DNA of 64,000 nucleotides from Mizuhopecten yessoensis (lineage: Eukaryota). The position numbers were made by a program, and so were the translations under genes. Location of the stretch: NCBI RefSeq assembly GCF_002113885.1, contig NW_018408062.1, positions 336,073 through 400,072 of the forward strand, written 5' to 3'. This document shows positions 23,090-35,419 of the stretch, one piece after another (position 1 is the stretch's first letter; each line of letters starts with the position of its first letter). A model generated the notes under the pieces. It worked only from the letters and a program-made list of their open reading frames with translations. It had not been told where the DNA came from and searched no databases.

Positions 23090-23950
23090 CATGTATCCTA
23101 CATTAACATTGAATACATCCTTAACTATACTTGACTCTAGTTAGAACTCTTTTGGGAAGGATAGATACATGCATCCTATATTTACATTGAAAACATACTT
23201 AACTGTACTTGACTCTAAGTAGAACTATATTTGGAAGGATAGATGCATGCATCCTATATTTACATTGAATACATCCTTAACTGTACTTGACTCTAAATAG
23301 AACTATATTTGGAAGGATAGATAAATTGTACAGGCATCCTATATTTACATTGAACACATCCTTAACTGTACTTGACTCTAAGTAGAGCTATATTTGGAAG
23401 GATAAATACATGCACCCTATATTTACATTGAAAACATCCTCAACTATACCTGACTCTAAGCAGAACTCTTTTGGGAAGGATAGATACATGCATCCTATAT
23501 TTACATTGAACACATCTTTTACTGTACTTGACTCTAAGTAGAACTATATTTGGAAGGATAGATAAATTGTACATGCATCCTATATTTACATTGAACACAT
23601 CTTTAACTGTACTTGAATCTTGGTGGAACTCTTTTGGGAAGGATAGATACCTGCATCCTATATTTACATTGAAAACATACTTAACTGTACTTGACTCTAA
23701 GTAGAGCTATATTTGGAAGGATAAATACATGCACCCTATATTTACATTGAAAACATCCTTAACTATACCTGACTCTAAGTAGAACTCTTTTTGGAAGGAT
23801 AGATACATGCATCCTATATTTACATTGAAATCACCCTTAACTGTACCTGACTCGGGGTAGAACTCCTTCGGGAAGGAAAGTAAAACAAACTAGTATCCAA
23901 CTTTTACACCGGATACACCCTTAACTGTACCTGACTCGGGTAAACTCTTT
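23090..23950. repeat. ~79-bp tandem repeat (~10 copies; some units carry a short TAAATTG-containing insertion)
   Basis: Unit CATGCATCCTATATTTACATTGAAAACATCCTTAACTGTACTTGACTCTAAGTAGAACTATATTTGGAAGGATAGATA (CATGCATCC at ~23168 and ~23247). Confidence 0.95.
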
Positions 23951-24984
23951 TTTAAATGAGGGTATCTCAGTGAACGAAGCATACATCCTTAAATGTACTT
24001 GGTTTAGGTGAAACACAGTTTAGATGAAGAGTGCTTTACAGCAATGCAATTAATATCCTTCAGTTTTTGTGACTTCGGCAGATATCTCTGCTGCATAATA
24101 AGCATTTTTTCAGTTTTATTTGTACTGTACATAAAACTTCTGTACCGGTGATATATTGTTTTTATTAAGAAGATGGTTTCTATTATGTTTTGTTATCATG
24201 TAAAATCTTTATAATATTTTTTACCTTAAAACTCAAATATGGATTGTACACTGTTTATGACATTTCTATGCTTCTTCTCCAGAAGTATCAGTTCATCATA
24301 CTTAATTTTCTTTATTTGGCTGATTTAGACCTAATATTTGTTTTATTTCTTGTTTGTTTCGACCCCCTATGATGGATCGTGTACTTTTGAATGTGGCGTT
24401 ATTACGTTTGATACTACGCTTGGAATTACTTTAATCCAATTTCCTGAGAATGGTCTTTTATTTTAATACAAAAGCATTATACATAATGTTATATGCAAAA
24501 AGTATGTGTTTTTATGAACTTTATATGTATAATGATGAAGCGTGTAATTGGTTGATTGCATGGTCTGATGAAATTATTGACCCTCAAGATTACTCTTTTA
24601 ATATATTTATTCATAGTTCACTTTATTTAAACGACGCTCCGTTCTTATCAGGAACGGACCGAATCCTTGAATATATGTAAGTCAGTGTAACGCCTTATGA
24701 CAAATTAAACTTATTATGTTTTCGTATAATTCTATATAAACTTTGTGTGCCGAGAGATTATGTAATAAGATGTGAAAGGTATTCAAATTATTCCATCCAT
24801 TATTTCAAATGAGCGACGCTTAAATGATGCATATTGACTTGTACAAGTGACCGTACAGTTTGTACACAGTAACAAGGTGTCAAGACAAATTTATTCAATA
24901 CAGTTTAATATTATGATCTTAAATCGTTATTATTTAGAATTAAAATGGTTCAAAACATTGTTGTATTCACGTGTTTGTATTTAT

Positions 24985-26790
24985 CAAATTTGAGGTTTCT
25001 CTTGTGAAACTAATTTCTATTATAAATATTTACCACAGTCATTATAATGCATATTTCAACCTTACTTGGCTCTTTTCATACGTAAAATAAAGAGACCCCC
25101 CTCCCTGCAGAGCCCTGGAAAACACCACCAAAGAGACGGCAGTATCCACGCACGTGGTCTACCACGGGGCCATGCTACCCACTTCATAATTCCAATGACT
25201 GTGGTGAGTACTTATAATAGAAATTGGTTTCACAAGAGTAACCTCAATTTGTTATCAGAATACGTTACCACAGTCATTATAATGCGAATTCGACTTACTA
25301 TTGTACCACAGTGATGTCTCCGTGGAGCGATGAATGGTTCCAACTAACAGGACCCATTCCCCCAGAGGAAGAATTCATAATATCTTTAACTTTGTGACCA
25401 GAGCCTGATTATGACCAGCATTCCTGATCACGCAGATAAGACATAAGAGGCTCGGGCATAAGAAGAGGGAGGACAGACGACGGAGTGGGCAGTCAAAGGA
25501 GGACCTAAAGAATACAACCCGTCAGACTGTCCCGACAAAGATTAGAAATAAAACTCCGTAAATGTAGAATGACCCCTCCAAACAGCAGCTGACATGACCT
25601 CAGCGTAAGAAGAACTATTAAACGAGGCCCACGAAGCACCTAAGGCTCTGATCACCAGCCGACTCATACGCAGACTGAAAAGTCCGTGCTGGAGAGACTG
25701 TAACAGCCGAGATTGGTGTCCCAAACCAGGCAAAGAGACCGGAACACCGAACGCTTGAGGTGTCGGCCAGAGCATTCAGGGTTCAGCTCAGAAGGGCCTT
25801 CCGAGTCCAAACCATACGATTCGTATGACTTCGAATCAGAGAATTCCCCGGCTTAATCCCCATCCCGAGTCTCCGTAAAATTGAAGCAACAGGGGAAACC
25901 CCGAAGAACCTCCCTCTCATCGGTCGGAGAGGCACCCGCCGAATCCACCTCCATCTACTTAACCCTCCGAATAGGGATGCGAGGAGGGAAGAGACTGCGA
26001 CCTACCTGAAGGAACTATTGTAGGAGGCAAAAGTCCCCGTGAAGCAGCAGGAGCAGGATCAAGATAACCTGGCACCTGCTGAAAGGGAGGAGCCGACACA
26101 GAAGGACGCCGGAAGTTACTTGTAGACTCAAACTCCAAAATAGGAGCCTGAGACACCGCAGAACGACCAGCAGCCTTAGTCTTAGCCTGACAGAACCAGC
26201 AAAAGAAGCTGGCCGGGAGCGCGAACGCTTACGGCCAGCTTGCTTGGAAAATCCCGTAGACTCCCGTAGGCGGTCGGTGATTGGGGTGGGGCGAATAAAG
26301 GAACCTGTTGACCCCAATGCGCTCCGTTTCCACCTGGCAGAAAGGTCGGGTTAACCAGGGAAGGTCTTGGAACAGAGCCACCACCCTAACGACCAAACCC
26401 GGTGGCAAGACCGGTTTGGGGGAGGGGCGGTGTAGGGAACGTAGGGCCATATACACACCCGTCGCCATGGCCGCACCTGGCTGACCTTGCCAACCTCACA
26501 CTGATGGGCCAAAACATGTGGGGCAGTAAAACCAGCCCCACCTGTAGCGCAGCCTACACCAGCAAAACCGAACCCAGCGGGGCCGGCACCAACCGTAGGA
26601 AAATTGGGGAAGGGGGCACAAGAAACAGTGCTGGAAACACAGGTTAAAACCAATTGAGGCTAGCGAGGCCAATGCATCACTAACCACCGGACCGGGCAGC
26701 AAATGATGCACAGGTATGGACGGTGTGCTAGACGCTATCATCGAGCCAGGGGCAACATCAGGGGTACAGGACAGAACCGTATCTGTAGCT
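24985..26790 (-). mobile_element. Internally deleted, decayed DIRS-type (tyrosine recombinase) retrotransposon
   Basis: GC-rich island. The minus strand at 25680..25480 encodes IRALGASWASFNSSSYAEVMSAAVWRGHSTFTEFYF*SLSGQSDGLYSLGP, the DIRS YR C-terminus. 3' inverted repeat 24985-25043/25194-25251 plus a direct repeat 25030-25050/25265-25285. Upstream S/P/R-rich gag-like broken ORFs. Confidence 0.85.
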
Positions 26791-27671
26791 AAATAATACG
26801 TCAAGTCAAAGATTTAAAATTTGTTCTAGTAAGTTCGCTAATGATATTATATTCATTCAATCCTATGCTCACAGTTTTAAAAGTGATCAGAATATTTTAA
26901 TTTCACCTTTGGGAGCCCGATACCACTATAAAGGATACTTCGTATGCTGACAATTTTATCATTATAGGAATTTTAGGAATTATGTTTCTCGTCTCAAAAT
27001 TGCATATCAATATTATCCACGTCTCCAAGGGGCAGCTATAGGGCATATTTACAGACAAATGGAACTTCACATCGATTGATATTTATGGCCACTAAAGATG
27101 GGTGAAACCAATACAAATTTTGGTAACTTTTTTTTTTACAACTAAGGTCGATGCCGGAGTGAACAGACATAGACTTTTCATAAATAAATAGAATTTAAAT
27201 TGGAAAGTACTCTTTCCATTCATATTAATTATTGATTACTCTATTTGTATGGCAATCTGTCGTAAAAATATAGTGATAATGTACCTTTTCCACTTTCCTT
27301 CAAAACGGACAAGTGTCGATTGATATACTAGAGTTATCTTTCTTGGTACAAGCGCTACGTGTATCAACAGTGAAGTTAACATAAAATGACAGCTATTTTC
27401 TACTACATCCTGGATGGTACGATGGTTTTCATTGGACAGAAAAAGATGTTATTGAATGACGGCTCATACACATGATCAAGGCGTGAAAGTATCATTATTC
27501 AATAATTCTTTATTATATTACAATTCGTACATGTATGCAATTATATTCCAGCTTGTGACATTTAATATGATATGGACTGTAACGTAATAATTGCATAGAG
27601 TAGACAAAGACTCCCATCGGTATATTCAATGCACAAAGCTGAGCAATGCATTGACTCAGAGATACCGAATT

Positions 27672-28006
27672 CTTCCAAAGCCGCTTTTTATCACACAAAA
27701 AAAAGATAGTCCGTTATTACTGGTTACGCTATCTCGTTATAACGAGTTTGTGTTATGTAGTTATTACGAGTTACGTTGTCGATATTACTGGTTACGCTAT
27801 CTTGTTATAAAGAGTTGTGTTATGTAGTTAATACGAGTTACGTTGTCGATATTACTGGTTACGCTATCTCGTTATAACGAGTTGTGTTATGTAGTTATTG
27901 CAAGTTACATTATCTCGTTTTGACGAGTCACACCATGTCGTTATTATGAGTTACGTTGTGTTGGTATTACGAGTTATTTTCGTGTCGTACTAATCGGCTT
28001 CCGTAG
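27672..28006. mobile_element. MITE-like non-autonomous element with internal ~22/67-bp palindromic subrepeats (CTCGTTATAACGAG)
   Basis: Tandem TATTACTGGTTACGCTATCTCGTTATAACGAGTTG units; right end CTAATCGGCTTCCGTAG; decayed left end AAAGCCGCTTTTTATCAC followed by an A-run. Confidence 0.5.
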
Positions 28007-28389
28007 TTTTCATTTTTAATGGATAAACTAGTGTTTTCTATCCTACGTGCTTTGAACAATGAATACCAATATAGGTCTACCTAAGGCCCGGTACAAACGA
28101 TTCAGGTGATAACCGCAGTCTCATCATTCCATTTATTTAACCATTTCATTAAGAAATCAATATCTTATTTAAATGTCAATCGTTACAGATCATGTTCACG
28201 TATGACATCCGGACCTTCTTTAGTAAAGCAGCATTTTCACGAAAGAAACTCTCATAATTTAGCGGGTTGCTACATGTAGCATAAATTCTATATAAAACTA
28301 TACGTCTACTTCGGGACACACGTTTGTCCTTGCTAGGACTTCTTGGCATCTCCAACCCCGAATGTGTTTGCAAGATTAGCATTTTTGAG

Positions 28390-28538
28390 GTACAACACCT
28401 GAGTACCAACACCTGGGGACCAACACCTGATTACAACACCTGAGTACCAACACCTGGGTACAACACATGAGTACCAATACCTGAGTACAACAACCTGAGT
28501 ACAACACATGAGTACCAACACATGAGTACCAACACCAC
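28390..28538. repeat. Short 12-13-bp minisatellite (ACAACACCTGAGTAC)
   Basis: About 11 imperfect units. Confidence 0.85.
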
Positions 28539-29944
28539 GTTACGCTACCATTGGACCTGTTTAGAGTACCCGGACTTTCTTGAAAGTTGTGTCTTGGTAC
28601 GTATCTAATTACTAAGCCTATGCATTGTATTGGCAAACTACTTCAACAAAAATAGTCCAGTCACTACTTTTATCAAGTGGGTGTACACTGTCTTTGTTCG
28701 GTGTTGACCGATATACAGTTCCGGAGTTGATAGCATCACTTGAGCCACGGTGAAAGAAACACTTAAGAATTTGGAGAACCTCTGTTTATTGTTGGATGAT
28801 TTTTCCTGTTTACAGAACAAGGTTTCAGCCGTTGTTCTCGAGCTAAGATTATGTCCGTGGGTGTTGGCGCTGGCTGGTATGACGTAATTCGCGTCTTATT
28901 ACAATAAAAGATCTTTGGTGCATTTTACGTTCAAGAGATTCTTTAATTTAAAAGGTATTGAGATAGATAAATATAGTACTAAGTACGATTTTATTTAAAG
29001 CAAATTTTCCGTCCACATTACAATATAGATTTACTGTCAAAACGATTTCACTCCCGGGTATATAAAAAGGTCGATGACTGACCACACAACACGCATATAA
29101 TGGATTAAGTATTACGTGTTAGGTCCGCAACAAAGTCATATGTCGTCGCTATCCCGTGTTTCTGTCGTCTATATTACAACTGACACCCTGTACTTTTAAA
29201 TCACAAAGATGTGATTTGGTTGATTCTAGTTACTCATCGACCGTTTGTCTTAATAACCAGGGATAAAAGCTACTTGGTATCCTCTGTCCCGTTATGATTA
29301 CTGCAGCGGTAAGTCTGTGTATACAAAATCGATCAATAATTATTGATTCCAGTTTCTTACAAACAAAGAGGAATATAATTAGCGGATGAGCCCAAGAAGG
29401 ACGCGTATTATAAGCGAGATGGTGTGAGCGGGATGACAAAGCGGAGATGACGGAAGAACAGCGAGTTTCCGGTTGGATCAATAAACACATGAAACAGTAA
29501 GCCTTGTTATAAATACATAATAGGATAATCTAATACAGCTCACACAACAAGGCATAGTTAAAAAACATTTATTCCGGTCTTCAATGATAAGCATTATCAC
29601 CTATTCCTGTTGATGTTGACAGATCTTAACTAATTTGCATACTAGATCACGAACATTGGTAAAGTCTTCCGTACGGTTGATCTGTGATACCACTGACTGC
29701 CTTAGTAACGCTATACATTTCTAGTCATAATGAAGTTCCTATCACAATTCTGTGTAACTTGATACAGATCATTTAAACACTGTAATTGACAACGCAACAG
29801 ATAATTGTTTTTGATTTGTATATTTTGCGGTCAATGTTTTTATAGTTACCGTGTATACATCTATGTTGACCGCGTAAAGAGACATTTGAACGTTTTAAAT
29901 ACTATGAATATAGAGATCATATCATGTTGTCATGGGTAAAGCAG

Positions 29945-31335
29945 AGAACAAATATACCGCGTCGTCAACATACAAGATAAAAAATATACCATATCTTCAA
30001 CACACAATACAGAATATACCACAGCGTCATTGCGCAGGATACTGTATACCACAATGCCAAATCATAAGGACAAAATGTACGTGTTGTGGCAATAAAGAAC
30101 AATAGAATAGATCCATGGAAAAACAATAGAAAATATCATGCAGCGTTAATACAAATTAATTAGATATACCACAATGTCCATTCCCACGAAAAATACCACA
30201 GCGTCAGCACACAAGAATATCATATACGTATACCTCAACGTTCATACACAGGGATGAAATAGATGACAGCGTCAGCACAAAAGACAAAATATACTGTACA
30301 AGTCAATACACAGGGACTAAATATACCACAGTGTCAATAAACATGGATTGAATACACCACAGTGTCAATAAACATGGATTGAATACACCACAGTGTCAAT
30401 AAACATGGATTGAATACACCACAGCGTCAACACAAACAAAACAAAACCAACAGTTTAAGCGTCAACACATCAGACAAAATATACTACAGTGTCAACACAC
30501 AGGGATTAAATACACCACAGTGTCAATAAACATGGATTAAATTCACCACAGCGTCAACACACAAAAAGAAACAACTGTTTAAGCGTCAACACATTAGACA
30601 AAATATACAACAGTGTCAACACACAGGGATTAAATACACCACAGTGTCAATAAACATGGATTAAATACATAACAGCGTCAACACATCAGACAAAATACAC
30701 TACAACGTCAATACACAGGGATTGAATACACCAAAGTGTCAATAAACATGAATTAAATACACCACAGCGTCAACACACACAAAAAGAAACAACAGTCTAA
30801 GCGTCAACACATCAGACAAAATATACTACAACGTCAATACACAGGGATTCAATACACCACAGTGTCAATAAACATGGGTTTAATTCACCACAGCGTCAAC
30901 ACATCAGACAAAATATACCACAGCGTCAACACACAGGGATTCAATACACCAAAGCGTCAGCAAATAAGGATAAAACATGGAGCGTCAATACACAAGAAAA
31001 ATATACAATAGTGTCACTACACAGGCATTCAATACACCAAAGCGTCAGCAAATAAGAATAAAACATGGAGCGTCAATACACAAGAAAAAAATACCTCAGC
31101 GTAATCATATCAGATAAAATTACTACAACGTAATTACACAGGAATAAAATACATCACCACAACCTCAACACGCAAGGATAAGAATAAATATAACACAGCG
31201 TCATCACACAGGAAAAAACATGTCATCACACAGGAAAAAACATGTCATCACACAGGAAAAAACATACAACGCGAGATGAAATAGAATAGAGAGTCAACGC
31301 ATACGATAAAATATACCACAGCGTCAATACACAAG
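29945..31335 (+). repeat. Degenerate ~31-bp tandem array (AAATATACCACAGCGTCAACACACAGGGATT), left arm of an inverted pair
   Basis: ACCACAG(C/T)GTCAA core every ~31 nt, best preserved at 30300-30960; includes a 22-bp triplet at 31200-31265. Confidence 0.88.
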
Positions 31336-33339
31336 GTCGGAATCGGAGCTTGAGACCAATAAGGACAGACGGGGAACACTTAGACACGCCAACGCAAAAG
31401 ATAACACAACAGAAGAAAGTCGAGAACGTGATTCTTTAGAAGATTTACTATTTAGACAGGAAAACACTTTCATCCATATTGCAATCATATTTATATTGCT
31501 ATTAAATACCATCACATGATTACATGACGTAACGTAACCTAACTCGTGTAGTGCTACATCTCCAAGACGTCACAAAGCGAAAGGCAATCAATACTTTCTA
31601 TCAAGGTAGCAACACAGTCTATCAAACCTTTAACAGATTGTAATAGAACGCAGCAGTTCTTGTATTATACAATGATTGACTATATCGGAAGTAATCAAAA
31701 AGACACGTTTCCGATTAAAATGGAACTCAACAACACATGACCTTAATAAGTGTAAGACATTGATTTGTGTAAGACATTTGTGCTTCTGTCTGGGTATGGT
31801 CATATATCCTCATGAAACAGAACGGAATGTTCATTTATCACGTCTGTCTTATATTTAAAGTTTGATCAAATATTATAAATATTCTAGCATTTATAATGAA
31901 TATCACCCCCGAGATAAACAAAAGCAACACGCAGTCCTAATTCTTCAACTAAACCCGTAGAAAAATCGGTGCATTTCCTCGCTGCTGAAAAGTCCTTAGA
32001 TTTATAATTCATATGAATATTGTATTATAAATAGATACCGTCTATATCTTATAAATATTTGATTATATTTTACCGTTACAAAAATAAACAGTCAAAACGC
32101 AGTGAATACGATTTATTATATATCTTTTGTATACAACATCAGAGAGTGCAACCCTTGGACATTCAAGGATGTGTCAATACAGAAATCTGGACTGAACGTC
32201 AATACAAAATATTTTAACAGGGATTGCAAGAATACCTAAACAGATTGGAATGCACCACGAACCCAATCAAACAATAACTGCATTTGGCAACCCAGTTATC
32301 GTCAAGTCCATAGTACGATAGGGTATTAAGTTTCAAGTGACATATACCAACACAAAGGTTAACTTACTACACGAAAATAGAAAAACATAGTACTGATAAT
32401 ATAAACCAGATCAAGAAAGAATAGTATATGCTCCGTCTATATATTGATTAATGGCGCGACAAAACACATGCCATAGTTGTGTACGTCGTTTCTATGTACT
32501 GGCAGCTTCTATTAAATCCTTTGACCGACACTTCTCCAGTGGGATTTGTATGTAGATCTTACATATACTGTACTAAACAAATCCGACAATCGCGTGCCAA
32601 ACTCTAAGACAGACACCATACCAAAATATGTTCCTTATATAACGTATATAAATAAACAATGATCATTTCTATATCATAAAGCTGTGGCACGTTGCATGTC
32701 TAGGTTTTTTCAGACTAAAAGCGAGCTTGTTTTCAATGTATATGTATTGATTGATATTGCGTGATGAAGTTCGCCTTGGGTTCATTATAAGGACACTCGT
32801 GATCCTCGTGCTTGTATCGAATAGATATACTAAGAAACAATTATTGGTATAAAGCATGCATCGGAAAAAATTAAGGACGAAAATCAATCTGCATAAAAAT
32901 ATTCCAGACGATTAACGTCTTTTTGATATGATATAAAGGACCACATCATTCCCCACAGAGACAAGACTGTAGAATATAATAAGTTTCTCTGTGCTCGTGC
33001 GACAGAAGATAGAACATCTCTGTTGGTATACCAAGTGCAATTATTATTACTTAATATATGTTGTACATCATAATATAAGTCAGACTCAGTATCAAAGGCA
33101 CTTGTAACAAATTTGTGGATCACGAGCTGCGATACAGTATATTAATACCGTACAGTTCATTTGCAGAAAACACTTCCTATTATTCGTGAGCGTATATTAC
33201 AGAACTGTCTGGGAAAAGAAAGAAATTGAAGAAATGTCTGTCTCACAATGTTTTCACGTGATGACGTCGAAATGGGACAACAGTGACATGTGGTTACGAA
33301 ATCAGGAACTGTTTATTTCTAAGTGCTGACGAAGGTGTT

Positions 33340-34345
33340 AGCAATGTGGGTTATTTTATTCCTATGCGTTGACGTTATGGTATATTTTGTTCCTATGTGT
33401 TGACGTTATGGTATAGTTTGCTTCTCTGTGCTGACGATGTGGTATATTTTGTTCCTATGTGTTGACGATTTAGTTTATTTTGTTTCTATATGTTGACGAT
33501 GTGTGATAGTTTGTTCCTATGTGTTGACGATGTGGTATATTTTGATCCAATGTGTGGACGTAGTGGTATATTTTGTTCCTAGGTGTTGACGATGTGGTAT
33601 ATTTTGTTCCAATGTGTTGACGTTATGGTATAGTTTGCTTCTCTGTGTTGACGATGTGGTATATTTTGTTCCTATGTGTTGACTATTTAGTTTATTTTGT
33701 TTCTATATGTTGACGATGTGTGATAGTTTGTTCCTATGTGTTGACGATGTGGTATATTTTGATCCAATGTGTGGACGTAGTGGTATATTTTGTTCCTAGG
33801 TGTTGACGATATGGTATATTTTGTTCCTATGTGTAGACTATTTAGTTTATTTAGTTTCTATATGTTGACGATGTGTGATAGTTTGTTCCTATGTGTTGAC
33901 GATGTGGTATATTTTGTTCCAATGTGTTGACGATGTGGTATATTTTGTTCCTAGGTGTTGACGTTATGGTATATTTTGTTCCTATGTGTAGACTATTTAG
34001 TTCATTGCGTTTCTATATGTTGACGATGTGGGATAGTTTGTTCCTATGTGTTGATGTTATGGTATATTTTGTTCCTATGTGTAGACTATTTAGTTCATTG
34101 TGTTTCTATATGTTGACGATGTGGGATAGTTTGTTCCTATGTGTTGATGTTATGGTATATTTTGTTCCTATGTGTAGACTATTTAGTTTATTTTGTTTCT
34201 ATTTGTGACGATGTGGTATATTTTGTTCCTATGTGTTGACGATGTGGTATACTTTGTTTCTATTTGTTGACGATGGGGTATACTTTGTTTCTATTTGTTG
34301 ACGATTTGATACATTTTGTTCCTATGTGTTGACGGTACGGTATAT
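33340..34345 (-). repeat. 31-bp tandem array (TTGACGATGTGGTATATTTTGTTCCTATGTG), ~32 copies, right arm of the inverted pair
   Basis: Clear 31-nt period. The reverse complement AAAATATACCACATCGTCAACACATAGGAAC matches the 29945-31335 unit. Confidence 0.93.
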
Positions 34346-35364
34346 TTTATTCATGTTTGTTGACAAACATATATTGTAGGTGTGCGAAGATAAACTGTTT
34401 TGGTCCTTTTATTATTTGCATTTTTATTGATTATCTATTGCTCGATTTAACAAAAAAAACAAAACAGCGAAAACATGTCAAGAAATCAAAATAAATCAAT
34501 GCAAAAAGCAGGTAAGTGCAATTTGATTGATTTCTGGTACCGTGTGTTTGTCACGGACGGAGTAACCTTAGATTGCATGAGTGTGATTAAGTGTTGACTA
34601 CCTGTTCGGATTGTCCCTGTGTAATGAGTTCGGGATGTTTTCCCCAGCTTTACCTTAGACAATCCCCATTAATACACCTCCTACACAACAGTCTATGTTG
34701 ACGGAATAGCTGTGACCATCAATATTCTGTTTACAGTCCTGTGAGAAGGGAGTGTCACTATCGCTCAATGGGCGTTGTTACAGTAAAAAGGCTGGTGTAG
34801 ATTTGCAATTGAAAGTGTTGTATTTCCCATTCAGAATTTAAAAAAATCCGTTGTGATAATGGGTTAACCATATTATCACTGAGAACGTCAAATGAATGTA
34901 TTGTAACATAATGCATTAAGTAACACATTTGTGATTTATAGAATATAACCACTCCTTTATGATGCATGCAGCAAAAGCTCATTCCGAAGATAATATTTTT
35001 AAGTTTAGCGAGATGCTTTGTCAACTGCAAAAAATCAAACCTCTTAAATTCTCTGTATTCATCACACATGAGTGATTGATAATATTTCTCCCATATTACC
35101 CTATCGGGAAAATAATTTACACGATTTAATGTGAAGCAAAATGAAGCGAGCTTGTTTCAAGAGCGCATAAATCCGTGACTAAGTCGGCGACTCTACCGTG
35201 GTGTAATTACATAAACGACACTACGTGATGTTTCATAATAATAGCATGTGCGAGCCGTAGTTTCCAAGGTGCGTAAAGACAGGATTTTCTCTCTTCATTC
35301 ACAGAATTATCTCTCGTTTTACCTGTTCATGAACTTTCTGTCATCCCCTAGGGTAAGACAGAGA

Positions 35365-35419
35365 TGACGTCAAAAGAGAGTATAGCATGCATCAACAGGA
35401 ACAATGAGATATGACGTCA
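35365..35419. promoter_or_regulatory. Pair of full CRE/ATF palindromes (TGACGTCA)
   Basis: TGACGTCA at 35365-35372 and 35412-35419, 47 bp apart. Motif evidence only. Confidence 0.3.
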
